Below are positions 21,103-29,864 of a stretch of DNA of 39,600 nt, one piece after another. The translations under genes were made by a program, and so were the position numbers. How positions within the stretch are numbered: the stretch's first letter is position 1; every line of letters starts with the position of its first letter. This stretch comes from a virus. The DNA lies in IMG/VR virus record IMGVR_UViG_3300013383_000010. One strand, written 5' to 3'. Under the pieces are notes generated by a model that saw nothing but the letters and a program-made list of their open reading frames with translations, was not told where the DNA came from and searched no databases.

Positions 21103-22962
21103 TCACCTCTTTGCGTAATTGCCTGTGACATAGTGCTTTGTGATCTGAAAGATACCGAACCCCTCGTTCGGCTCGGCGTTCCGGACGATGACCTGCAAGC
21201 GCTTGTAGTTTTTTACCTTGCGGTTGAGAAAGATCTCCTGCGGGCTCTCGTCCGTGTTGAACGTGATCCGCTCAAAATCGATGTCGGAAAAGTCCAGAAT
21301 GTCCATCGGCTTTCCGGCGACCTTCTTTTCGTGGCCGCCGGTGCGGTCGGCACGGATGTATACCTCGGCGCTCGAGCGCGCATACGGCTTGATCGTCACG
21401 CAGCAGCCGCGCTTGAGCAGCGTCTTGAGAATGGCGGGCGTGCCGTCATCGTCATACTTCGTCGCCCATACCGCGGATATGGCCGCGCCGTCGTCGCTGT
21501 AGCGGCTCACGGCCTCGACGTCCGTGTTGAATTTGCAGATCCGCCCGTCCGCCGTGCCGAAATACAGCGATTCTTCCGCGCCAGCTCGTCGGTTCATCCA
21601 GCAGGACGCCGGGATGTTCTCAAAGTAGTAGCCTTCGTACACGTAGTCGCCGAGTGCTGCGCTCCGGTAGCTCTTGTTCTGCCGCCCGTCCAGCGCGTAA
21701 ACGTGGCCGTTCGGGAAGGCAAGCATATACATGCCGTTCCAGATCACCGCCTCGGCCTTTTCGCGCTCCGGCTCGTCGTTGAGAAGGTTGTTTACATAGA
21801 AGCTGCGCCCCTGCGTGATCTTCTCGCTCGTATACGAGTTTGTGGCCACGGCCATCACCCCGGTACGCGATAGGAAGAGAGGGTCGTCCAGCAGGGAGGC
21901 GAAGCTCCCCGGCGCGATGGATCCGACACCCGCCACGGCCTGCTGCTGCGGCTGCGCGATCTCGCTGTCCTGCAATTCCGCCGTGCGGAGATAGATCGTG
22001 CTGTCCTGCCCGTTGTCCTCCTTCACGATGCCGAGAGACTTTCCCAGACGGCAGTACCCGAGGATCGCCGTTGCTTCGCTCCCGACCTCGTTGTACAGGA
22101 GGTCGGGGAAGTACGTCGGATCGTTCATCCCGCTCGTCCAGTCCACGTTCGGTAGGTCTGAATTTCCGGAGAGCACCGCGCGGTCGTTCGTGCCGATGCC
22201 GTAGGTCGTGATGATCGTGCACTTGTCGATGCGGTCGGTGTAGCCCTCCACCGTGTGCGGAAACTGCACCACCAGCCCGTCCTCCGATCCGGCCAGCGGC
22301 TTTTCCGGCGCTGTGGTCATCTTGACGATGCCCTTCTCGCGGTCGAGCGTGAACGCCGTCGTCTCCTCTCCGAACACCCAGACTTTGACTGTGCCGGTCG
22401 CGTCGATGTCTCCGTCGAGCTGAAACTCCTTTGTCGTGCCGTCCGTCTGAAAGGCGTTCTTCCGGTATGGCGTGAGCATATTCACGTTCTCGTAGCTTTG
22501 TCCGCCGCCGGACGGCATGCGCGTGATGACGGTCGTCGGGATGTAGGCGTCCTGTGAGGCTCTGTGAGCCGCTGTGCCGTCGTATACGTAGAATCCGCCC
22601 CCCGTTACTATCCAGAGCTTCCCGGCCAGATACGCGGCGTGTGAGCGTCTCTCCGGCAGCCCCGTGAGGATCTGCGCCGGCGCCGTCTCATCGTCCCAGG
22701 CGTAGAGCACCGTTCCGATGTGGGCGAGTTTTTTCTCCGCGCCGTCGAATTTTCCGGCGAACAGGCCGTATACCGGCTTGTCCTTCTGCCAGAGCGTCCG
22801 CCAGCCGAGCCGCTTCTGCGGCATTCCGCCGCCGTCCGCCACGATGTTCGTGCACAGCGGACTTCGGGAATAGTCCACGAGCGAGGGGTCTGTGGAAAAG
22901 TCCGCGCCGCGGAATGTCTTGTACACCCGCTGCTGGATGCTGACTCCGGTTTTCTTCGCCAT
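21103..22962 (-). CDS. Large tail structural protein (candidate nozzle/tail-tubular or hub protein)
   Basis: 619 aa and beta-rich. Lies between the adaptor-like gene and the fibres. No enzymatic motif recognised. Confidence 0.5.
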   Translation of the reverse strand: MAKKTGVSIQQRVYKTFRGADFSTDPSLVDYSRSPLCTNIVADGGGMPQKRLGWRTLWQKDKPVYGLFAGKFDGAEKKLAHIGTVLYAWDDETAPAQILTGLPERRSHAAYLAGKLWIVTGGGFYVYDGTAAHRASQDAYIPTTVITRMPSGGGQSYENVNMLTPYRKNAFQTDGTTKEFQLDGDIDATGTVKVWVFGEETTAFTLDREKGIVKMTTAPEKPLAGSEDGLVVQFPHTVEGYTDRIDKCTIITTYGIGTNDRAVLSGNSDLPNVDWTSGMNDPTYFPDLLYNEVGSEATAILGYCRLGKSLGIVKEDNGQDSTIYLRTAELQDSEIAQPQQQAVAGVGSIAPGSFASLLDDPLFLSRTGVMAVATNSYTSEKITQGRSFYVNNLLNDEPEREKAEAVIWNGMYMLAFPNGHVYALDGRQNKSYRSAALGDYVYEGYYFENIPASCWMNRRAGAEESLYFGTADGRICKFNTDVEAVSRYSDDGAAISAVWATKYDDDGTPAILKTLLKRGCCVTIKPYARSSAEVYIRADRTGGHEKKVAGKPMDILDFSDIDFERITFNTDESPQEIFLNRKVKNYKRLQVIVRNAEPNEGFGIFQITKHYVTGNYAKR

Positions 22963-22965
22963 GGC

Positions 22966-23523
22966 TCACCCCCGGAACAGACTCTGCGCGATGCGCCGGT
23001 TCTCGCCCGGCTGCGTCGTTTTGAGCAGACTCGCCTGGTAGTTGTACATCTGGAGCATCGCGCCGTAGTCCATCACGAGATCCGGGAGGAGCTGCTGCGC
23101 CGCCACGTAGTACGGCATGCACTCGCAGGCGTCCTCGGCGATCTCAAACTCATAGTCATCCGCTGCAGAGGAGTCGATGCTCTTCGGCAGCGCGTAGTAC
23201 TCCACGATCACCTCCGCGGCGCTGCCCTCCGGGATGACGATCTGCCCGCTCCGCCAGCGGAAGCGGTTCGTGGCCGGGCGGTCATCCGCCCATACGCGGT
23301 AGAGCGCGTAGAAGTCGTCCGGCATGTCGTAGGCCGTCACGCCGGATACCGGCCGGATCGTCTCCTCCCGAACGATCTTCTTGATCTGCGCAAGCGTCTT
23401 CTGCGCCATGTCGAAGAACGCGGTCATCTTCTTCTCGATGTCCTCGTCGTGCTCGATCTCGCCGCCCGCGCTGTGCTCGTCGAGGAGCATGTATACCTTG
23501 TTTTTCGCTTCTCCGAGCGTCAT
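22966..23523 (-). CDS. Head-tail adaptor/connector-like protein
   Basis: 185 aa. SD AAGGAGG is present. The call rests on its position between the capsid/holin genes and the tail genes, and on its size. Confidence 0.4.
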   Translation of the reverse strand: MTLGEAKNKVYMLLDEHSAGGEIEHDEDIEKKMTAFFDMAQKTLAQIKKIVREETIRPVSGVTAYDMPDDFYALYRVWADDRPATNRFRWRSGQIVIPEGSAAEVIVEYYALPKSIDSSAADDYEFEIAEDACECMPYYVAAQQLLPDLVMDYGAMLQMYNYQASLLKTTQPGENRRIAQSLFRG

Positions 23524-23581
23524 GTTGATTCCTCCTTGCGGAAACAGGGCGAGTCGCCCCGCCCTGTTTCCTTCCCAAATG

Positions 23582-24037
23582 TCAGTTGTCCGGCGGGGCT
23601 TCCATCTCCGCCTTCTTTTCGGCGGTCTGTTTCAGACGGTCGAGCAGCTTCATCAGAAATCCCGGCATAGGCACGCCGATCTTCCCGCTGTTCTCCAGAA
23701 TGGAGATAAGTTCGTTGATAATGAGCCACACGATCACCAGCAGACCCACAATGAAATTCACATCCAGCTGTACGCCGAGCTTGCCGCCGAGCATCGTGAT
23801 GAGATAATCAATGCCCATGCCCACGGCCACGATCATCAGATAGAAAACCTTCTTGATCACGCCCTGGATCCCTTTGCGGCTTGAAAGCTCCTTGTTCATC
23901 CACGCCGCCGTCATTCCCGTGACGTAATCGCAGATCATCACCGCGATCAGTACCGCCACCGGGATAACGAGCTGGCGGAGATACGCCATCAGCGCCGCCG
24001 CAGCGGCCGTGATGATCGCTTTCCAGAAGTTGTCCAT
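23582..24037 (-). CDS. Holin (phage_holin_4_1 / LL-H-type pattern)
   Basis: 151 aa with about 4 TM segments. The conserved-looking INELISILEN motif and a charged C-terminal tail are present. SD AAAGGAG is present. Confidence 0.75.
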   Translation of the reverse strand: MDNFWKAIITAAAAALMAYLRQLVIPVAVLIAVMICDYVTGMTAAWMNKELSSRKGIQGVIKKVFYLMIVAVGMGIDYLITMLGGKLGVQLDVNFIVGLLVIVWLIINELISILENSGKIGVPMPGFLMKLLDRLKQTAEKKAEMEAPPDN

Positions 24038-24049
24038 ACCGTTCTCCTT

Positions 24050-24313
24050 TCAGTCCAGCAGCAGGAACCGCACGTCCGTGGATGCCGCCGAAGCGACGAC
24101 CGCCAGCTCTCCGGCGGCGAACGGCACCTGCAGCACCGTGTTGGCCGGAACGGGGAAGCCCGCCGCGGCGGTCAGCGCCTTGTTCGGGTCATACGGCGCG
24201 ATGTACACGACGTTCGCGCTGTTGTTGGAAACAACGGCGGTCTGACAGTGGCAGTCCACCTTCGTCTCCTTCGTGCCCGCCGCAACGGCGAGCACGCGGT
24301 CAATTTTCATCAT
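24050..24313 (-). CDS. 87-aa hypothetical protein (beta-rich, capsid-module)
   Basis: SD AGGAGAAAGGAAA precedes ATGATG 24313. Only the distal part of track ORF 24050..24865 is coding. Confidence 0.55.
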   Translation of the reverse strand: MMKIDRVLAVAAGTKETKVDCHCQTAVVSNNSANVVYIAPYDPNKALTAAAGFPVPANTVLQVPFAAGELAVVASAASTDVRFLLLD

Positions 24314-24343
24314 ATTCGTTTCCTTTCTCCTGCCTCGCAGAGT

Positions 24344-24502
24344 TTGCGCCCGCAGGCGCAAAAGGATTTTAAATCGTTTTCTCCGGCGACATGTGCGTCG
24401 GAGAAAACTCTTCTCGGCCTGCAAACGTGCGAGCGCAGCGAGTGCGCTGCAGCAGGCCGCATCCCCATCGACGGAAAGCCCAGCGAAGCGGGTTTCCGTC
24501 GA
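24344..24502 (-). terminator. Highly structured region after the capsid gene (four hairpins)
   Basis: Stems at 24468..24477/24493..24502 (10 bp, directly after the stop), 24432..24437/24443..24448, 24377..24385/24399..24407 (9 bp) and 24344..24350/24355..24361 (7 bp). Confidence 0.6.
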
Positions 24503-24504
24503 AA

Positions 24505-25464
24505 TCAGCCCGGATCGCCGAAAATGATCTGCCGCGCGTCGCCCCAGCCCACGCCGAAGTCGGCATACGCGGTGTAAAGATCGATCAGCGGGTTGTCCTG
24601 CTCCTGCTGCATGACGGTCGGGCGCGTGTTGTAGACGATGTTCACGATCTCCTTCATCAGTCGGCGGTCGCACACCGCCCACTGTTTGCCCGTGAAGCCG
24701 TCCGCGCCGCCGCCCATGACGATGTAGCGCATGCCGTACACGGGGTTCGCGGCATTCGTGTTGTCGTCCGGGTTCAGCATGGGCGTCAGACGGGAGTTCT
24801 CTCCGAACATCTTCTTCGCCTTTTCCTCCAGTTCCGGCGCGATGAGCACCGTGTCGAGATCGCACAGGAACGGCATGCCGTCCGGCGTCACGAAACGGTT
24901 GGCGCGCGCCTGCGCCGCCGTAATAGCGGAGACCGAGAACGCGTCCGTGGAGACGTTGGAGTACGTACCCGCATCCGCGTCTACCTCAAAGCGGCGGCCC
25001 TGCGATCCGCGCGAGGCGACAGGGTGCGCGGCGTTGGCCCAGCTCACGCCGTCGCCGCCGTTGTGACGGCCGTCGGTGTTCCAGGCGTTGGCGAACATGC
25101 GCAGCACATGCAGATACACCGTGATCGCCATGCTGTCGCCGAGCTTCGTGCCGACTTTCTTCGTTTCGCCCATCTTGTCGATCTTCGCCTGCTTGTAGCC
25201 GACAGGGACGGAAAGCGTGTACTCCACCGGCGTGATCACAGTCTTAAAGCCGCGGTGCAGCTCGGCGGTGTTCAGGTTGTTTCCGTCATAGACCATCGCC
25301 TCTCCGTAGCCGCCGGAGCCGGTCAGCTCATAGTCGATGCTCTTGGCGTTCACCTCGCCCACGACGGGCGAGAGCTTATTGAGACGGTCGGCATACGCAA
25401 AGTCGAACGCCTTGCCGACAAACTTGTAGTTGTCGGTCTTCCAGTTTCCGAAATTGTTAGGCAT
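24505..25464 (-). CDS. Major capsid protein (HK97-fold inferred)
   Basis: 319 aa. Strong SD AAGGAGGG. Follows the scaffold and decoration-like genes and is followed by a strong hairpin. Size and composition are typical. Confidence 0.65.
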   Translation of the reverse strand: MPNNFGNWKTDNYKFVGKAFDFAYADRLNKLSPVVGEVNAKSIDYELTGSGGYGEAMVYDGNNLNTAELHRGFKTVITPVEYTLSVPVGYKQAKIDKMGETKKVGTKLGDSMAITVYLHVLRMFANAWNTDGRHNGGDGVSWANAAHPVASRGSQGRRFEVDADAGTYSNVSTDAFSVSAITAAQARANRFVTPDGMPFLCDLDTVLIAPELEEKAKKMFGENSRLTPMLNPDDNTNAANPVYGMRYIVMGGGADGFTGKQWAVCDRRLMKEIVNIVYNTRPTVMQQEQDNPLIDLYTAYADFGVGWGDARQIIFGDPG

Positions 25465-25477
25465 TTTCTTTCCCTCC

Positions 25478-26149
25478 TTAGGTCAGCGCATGGCCGATCG
25501 CCATGAGCTTAATGGTGCCGCGCTCGTAGTCGTGGCCGATGCAGCGGATCTTCGTCGCGCCGACGGTCTTGAGCGTGATGCCGAGGCGCTTGTCGCCGAG
25601 ACTCGCAACGCCGCCGATCGCGGCGCCGATCACGGGGTAGACTTCGTACACGTCGCCCGCGGACGGCGTGCCGCCGCTCGCTTTCGTCATCACCGTGCCG
25701 GTCTTGGTGTAGTCGGTCACGACGATCTGCGTGCCGAGCGCGTCGGTGTTCGTGCTGTTCGCTGCCTTCTCCTTCAGGACGAGGATCGCGTTGTTGAAAG
25801 CGTCGTCCGCGGCGGCGGCGTCCACATCGCCTTCCGCCGGTACAATGGTCGCGGCGCTGCCGGAGGCGGCCTTGATCGTCGGCGCCGGGCACTCGAAGAT
25901 GAGCGTCGGGTTGTCGCAGACAAGGATCTCCTTGCCGTTCGCGCGCAGGTTGAGCGCGTCCTCCTTGCCGGAGTGGAACTCCGCGGCAATGCCGAGGATA
26001 CCGCCGGTCTCCGCAGCGGCGGCCAGAACGACCTTGCCGGCGGAAAGCTTCACCACGGCGCCCGCGTCGATCACGGTCGCCGCGTCAATGGGGTAGTTGC
26101 GGGCGGTCTGCAATACGCTGCCGCCGTCCGCATTCTGTACAGGATGCAT
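25478..26149 (-). CDS. Capsid decoration/cement-like protein
   Basis: 223 aa. IDAGAVVKLSAGKVVLAAAAETGGILGIAAE resembles the DUF2190/decoration-type pattern. Lies between the scaffold and capsid genes. Confidence 0.4.
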   Translation of the reverse strand: MHPVQNADGGSVLQTARNYPIDAATVIDAGAVVKLSAGKVVLAAAAETGGILGIAAEFHSGKEDALNLRANGKEILVCDNPTLIFECPAPTIKAASGSAATIVPAEGDVDAAAADDAFNNAILVLKEKAANSTNTDALGTQIVVTDYTKTGTVMTKASGGTPSAGDVYEVYPVIGAAIGGVASLGDKRLGITLKTVGATKIRCIGHDYERGTIKLMAIGHALT

Positions 26150-26161
26150 GATGTTCTCCTT

Positions 26162-26959
26162 TCATCGTTTCAGAAATTCTTTGGCGGTCATTTTCATCTG
26201 CGGGTAGCTGCGGTTCCATTCGTCAAGCTCCCGCTGCTGGGCGGCCGTCAGCCCATCCGATACGCCGCCTCCGCCCGCTCCCGTGGAGCGTTCGGCCTTT
26301 GCGGCAGACTTTTCCACCGCCTTTGCGGCGGCGTCCTCTCCGACAAGCTCCTTCCAGTCGTCGTACAGGTCGCCCAAAGGCTCCTTCCCGTAGCGGCTGC
26401 CGCAGAAGCGGCGGAATTTGTCGTTCGCGTCGAGCTTGCGGAGGTCCACGTCCGGGTGCTCCCGGAGGAATGCCGCGGCGTCCTGGGCTACCCAGTCGCT
26501 CCGGCGCTTCGCCTCGGCCTCGGCCTTCTCTTTCTCTGCCCGCTCGCGCTTCTGGCGTCGGACGACCTCTTTGGCGTCCTCTTCCTCTTCCAGATCCTCC
26601 ACGGTGCGTCCGCTCTCCGCCGCGGCCTTTTTGAGCCGCGCCGCGCGGGTCTTGTCGGCATAGGATTCCAGCACATCCAGCGAGTCGATCGCCCCGCCGC
26701 CGTCCGGATCGCTCAGCCCCAGCTTGGCCACCGCCGCGCCGTAGCGTTCCGCTGCCTTCTTGAAGCCCGCCGCCTCTCCGGCCTTGCGCGCCGCCTGGTA
26801 TCTGGCGTTTTCCTCCCGGCTCTGTCTGGCAGGTTCGGCGGCCTCCTGCTTCTTTTCGCCTGCGGATCCCTCCGCTTCAGCTCCGGTCTCCTCTGCGGTC
26901 ACGACGCCGCCCTCCGTGCCCTCTTCCGGAGTTTCGACTTCCATGTTCTCGATATCCAT
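26162..26959 (-). CDS. Scaffolding protein
   Basis: 265 aa, highly charged (Glu/Lys/Arg/Ala-rich) and helical, immediately upstream of the capsid genes. Confidence 0.55.
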   Translation of the reverse strand: MDIENMEVETPEEGTEGGVVTAEETGAEAEGSAGEKKQEAAEPARQSREENARYQAARKAGEAAGFKKAAERYGAAVAKLGLSDPDGGGAIDSLDVLESYADKTRAARLKKAAAESGRTVEDLEEEEDAKEVVRRQKRERAEKEKAEAEAKRRSDWVAQDAAAFLREHPDVDLRKLDANDKFRRFCGSRYGKEPLGDLYDDWKELVGEDAAAKAVEKSAAKAERSTGAGGGGVSDGLTAAQQRELDEWNRSYPQMKMTAKEFLKR

Positions 26960-27112
26960 GCGGGGTTCCTTTCTGCCGCTGTACTGCCGCGGCCGCGATG
27001 TATTTTTGCTTGCTGATGAAAGGTTAACCCGAAATATCTGTCCGTGCTCGGCGACTTTTTTGTTGATTTTTCACGAATCGTCAAACCCATTGGTACAACA
27101 GGCGGTTTCAGC

Positions 27113-27150
27113 CCCGAAAACAGCAAAACCGGAGCGGTTTCCCGCTCCGG
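27113..27150 (-). terminator. Rho-independent terminator closing the RHH cassette
   Basis: The minus strand reads CCGGAGCGG-GAAA-CCGCTCCGG followed by TTTTGCTGTTTTCGGGG. Confidence 0.8.
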
Positions 27151-27204
27151 TCGAAAAATTTCTGTGAAATATTACCCGTGATTATAATCCTGTTTGCGTT
27201 ACTC

Positions 27205-27324
27205 TCATGCCGCCTTTAAGAAGCTCCGTATGAACCGCAGCGCCTCGTCGTCCGTGTCGGCCAACAGTCCGATGATCTCCTCGATGGTCTTTTCCCGCTC
27301 GATGGTTGCCGTATTGCTTTTCAT
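27205..27324 (-). CDS. Micro-ORF family member b (39 aa: MKSNTATIEREKTIEEIIGLLADTDDEALRFIRSFLKAA)
   Basis: SD AAAGGAG lies 8 nt before the ATG. Paralogue of 1285..1386. Confidence 0.5.
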   Translation of the reverse strand: MKSNTATIEREKTIEEIIGLLADTDDEALRFIRSFLKAA

Positions 27325-27338
27325 GCCCCAGACTCCTT

Positions 27339-27446
27339 TCAAATCATTCCCAACAGGAAGAAATACACCCGCCGCAGCGCCCGTATATCCATCCGGCGCA
27401 GCATCCGCACGATCTCCTCGATTTTCGTCTCTGTATCGTTATTCAT
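27339..27446 (-). CDS. Micro-ORF family member c (35 aa: MNNDTETKIEEIVRMLRRMDIRALRRVYFFLLGMI)
   Basis: It has the same architecture as members a and b but is more diverged. An alternative in-frame ATG at 27482 has SD GGGAGG and sits in the loop of a 10-bp hairpin (27466..27475/27492..27501). Confidence 0.4.
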   Translation of the reverse strand: MNNDTETKIEEIVRMLRRMDIRALRRVYFFLLGMI

Positions 27447-27568
27447 ACTCTCTGTTCCTTTCTCCCGCGAAACGGAACGCATCACAGCCTCCCGTTTCGC
27501 GTCTTTCGTATTTTTTCTCTATCACAGCGAGGATTTTTTGATTTTCGCGGTCAGGGAATATATTTACC

Positions 27569-27817
27569 TTACCCGACCGTCTCGCTCGTCTCCGCCTCGT
27601 TTATAGCGCTGTTTTTTCTCAACATCGAAGCTGCGATCCGCGCCTTCTGTTCTTCCGTCCGTTTGGCCTTTTTCCGGAAAGGATTCTTCCCGAAGCGGAA
27701 CGGCCACAGTGGGCAGTTGCTCTCACAGGGGCATAGCTCTACCTGCTTCATGCTGCCGCAGCAGCAGTCAAGGCATTTCTCACGGATGACTTTTACCGGG
27801 TTTGTGCTTTTGGGCAT
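27569..27817 (-). CDS. Cys-rich small protein (82 aa; CLDCCCGS...CPCESNCPLWPFRFG)
   Basis: SD AAGGAGG lies 7 nt before ATG 27817. Eight Cys residues fall within 30 residues, followed by a basic C-terminal tail. Confidence 0.6.
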   Translation of the reverse strand: MPKSTNPVKVIREKCLDCCCGSMKQVELCPCESNCPLWPFRFGKNPFRKKAKRTEEQKARIAASMLRKNSAINEAETSETVG

Positions 27818-27953
27818 AGAAAAACCTCCTTCAAATTGTCCTTGACCTTTGAAAGAGGGCATAGTAATATTATTTACGCCCTCCTTGCAAAAGGTCGGTA
27901 ATGGGTCTCCCTGTGTTGTCAGTCCGCCAAGATAGCCAACACGGGGGGATTTT

Positions 27954-28133
27954 TTATTCTTCCTGTTTCAGACGGTCGTACACCGACTTGATACCCTGCC
28001 GGATAATGTCGGCCTTGCTCTGCCCGGTTTTCTCCGCGCAGTACTCCAAGCGGTCTACATCCTCCTGCGACAGTCTAACGCGGGTGCTAAGCTGCTTCGG
28101 GTTGTCGGTGGGTCTGCCTGTTCGTGGAGACAT
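27954..28133 (-). CDS. Ribbon-helix-helix (CopG-like) regulator
   Basis: 59 aa (MSPRTGRPTDNPKQLSTRVRLSQEDVDRLEYCAEKTGQSKADIIRQGIKSVY). The track start at 28160 lies inside the operator, so ATG 28133 with SD GAGAGGTGA is preferred. Confidence 0.7.
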   Translation of the reverse strand: MSPRTGRPTDNPKQLSTRVRLSQEDVDRLEYCAEKTGQSKADIIRQGIKSVYDRLKQEE

Positions 28134-28150
28134 TGTATCACCTCTCTTTC

Positions 28151-28194
28151 GTATCCACATAAGTCATTATATATTATGTGGATACATATGTCAA
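28151..28194 (-). promoter_or_regulatory. Consensus sigma70 promoter with a 12-bp inverted-repeat operator
   Basis: TTGACA (28194..28189), 17 nt, TATAAT (28171..28166). Perfect IR GTATCCACATAA (28151..28162) / TTATGTGGATAC (28174..28185) brackets the -10 element. Confidence 0.8.
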
Positions 28195-28238
28195 TACACA
28201 AACGCAAAAACAGGACAGGTTTTTCCCTGTCCTGTTTC

Positions 28239-29864
28239 TCAATACACTCTCCGCGTCCGCTTCTGCCGCTTCATCTGGTCGATGAGCTTTTCTCTCGGCT
28301 TCTCCGGCTCGGTGAGCACCGTCATCCGCTGCTGGTGCCGCACCGCGTAGGTGATCGCCGCGCCCATCACAAGGTCGTCGTGCTTCCCGGCGAGCGCCTC
28401 CGGCCGGTGATCCTCGTTGTAGCAGAACGTCAGCATCTCTTCGAGCAGCTCCCGGTCGGTGAACCATTCCGGGTGCGAGGAGAATACCTCCACGAGATTC
28501 GCAATGGCGCGCGGGCGCGATTGCCGGTCGGTGCGGAAGCCGAAGCTCTTCTTCATCTGCCGCGTGTATGTGTCCTCCCGCTCGCGGCTGTACTGGTTCG
28601 GATACTCCATCTCCTGGAGCTTCATCGCCGGGTAGGTGGAAAAGTTCGTCTCGATGGCGACGAGCGCGTCGTTGTAGAATCTCCCGAGCGCGTAGATCTG
28701 CCGGACATATTCCGGCTCGCTGTACTTCTGCCGCAGCTTCGCCGCGATCCTGCCCGTGACGTTGTTGATAACAACGGCCGTGAAGTAGTCCGAGCCTTCG
28801 CCCGCCGTGTCGCCGCCGAGCACATACGGAACGCCCTCCTCCGGCAGCTCGTAGAGCGTGATCGCGCCGGTCTCGCTCTCCGTCCACTCGCCGTTTGCAA
28901 ACTCGCCGCGCCCGACCGGTTCGGGCAGCCGCTCCAGCCGCAGGACGATCTGCTCGTTGTCGAATACGCCCGTGCCGCTGTGCAGGAACGCTTCGCCCGG
29001 GCTTGCCGGATACTCCTGCCGGAACATGTCCAGACTCCCGCCGCAGTTGTTCGCAATGCACCAGCGCCGCCATTGGAGCTGCTCGTCCGTCAGGTGATAT
29101 GCGTCCCGCAGATCCCGCTCCTCCGGCGTCCATTCCGTCCCCGATACAACGGGCATAGAGTAATCCGGGTTTTCAAACCATGCGAAGAATACCGGCTCAA
29201 AGTCATTCTCCCCGGCCACGGCGGCGTCCCATCGCTCCTTGAAGTCCTCGAAGCCGTTTGCCGTGCTCTCGATGACGACCATCGTGCCCGGCAGACTCGG
29301 CACGGCCTGCAAGATGCCGGCAAGCGTGGAGGCTTTCCCGTCCGCGCCGTCCGGCCAGAAGGCGTACTCCGAAAGATGCACGCATTGCAGCGTGTCGGAT
29401 CGTCCGATGCCGCGCCCGCCCGCCGTGGCGCAGCGGATCCGGGAGCGCAGCCCCGGCCTTGCCTCCCGCTCGCTGCGGAGCTTGGACGGGTTCTCAAACA
29501 CCAGCTCCTGCGCGTTGGAGGATCGCATCATCGGCTTCACCGGCGCGGGCAGCTCGTCGTAGAAGAGCTTGCTCATCCGGAAGAGGTTCGCCGTCGCGTC
29601 CTCGCGGTGCGCAACGATGAGGGCGTTCGTGTTCTTCCGCGTCGCGCAGGCGTGGAAGATGAGACCCTCGGTCAGTGTGGAAAAGCCGAGCTGCCGGGCC
29701 TTGAGGATGATGAGCCGCACGGGTTTCCCCGCGTCCTGCTGGCGCTTCGCCACGGCGTAGAGCTTTCGCTGCGCGTCGTTCAGCCGGAACGGCACGACCG
29801 TCCCGCTCTTCGTCTTGATCTTCAGGCAGTTCTCGATGTAGTCCCTGGCGATGCACGGGTTCAC
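28239..29864 (-). CDS. terL: Terminase large subunit
   Basis: 541 aa from GTG 29864 (GTGA overlap with the terS stop, SD AGGAGGG). ATPase and nuclease-type patterns are ILKARQLGFSTL, VVIESTANG and GGDTAGEGSDYF. Confidence 0.85.
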   Translation of the reverse strand: MNPCIARDYIENCLKIKTKSGTVVPFRLNDAQRKLYAVAKRQQDAGKPVRLIILKARQLGFSTLTEGLIFHACATRKNTNALIVAHREDATANLFRMSKLFYDELPAPVKPMMRSSNAQELVFENPSKLRSEREARPGLRSRIRCATAGGRGIGRSDTLQCVHLSEYAFWPDGADGKASTLAGILQAVPSLPGTMVVIESTANGFEDFKERWDAAVAGENDFEPVFFAWFENPDYSMPVVSGTEWTPEERDLRDAYHLTDEQLQWRRWCIANNCGGSLDMFRQEYPASPGEAFLHSGTGVFDNEQIVLRLERLPEPVGRGEFANGEWTESETGAITLYELPEEGVPYVLGGDTAGEGSDYFTAVVINNVTGRIAAKLRQKYSEPEYVRQIYALGRFYNDALVAIETNFSTYPAMKLQEMEYPNQYSREREDTYTRQMKKSFGFRTDRQSRPRAIANLVEVFSSHPEWFTDRELLEEMLTFCYNEDHRPEALAGKHDDLVMGAAITYAVRHQQRMTVLTEPEKPREKLIDQMKRQKRTRRVY

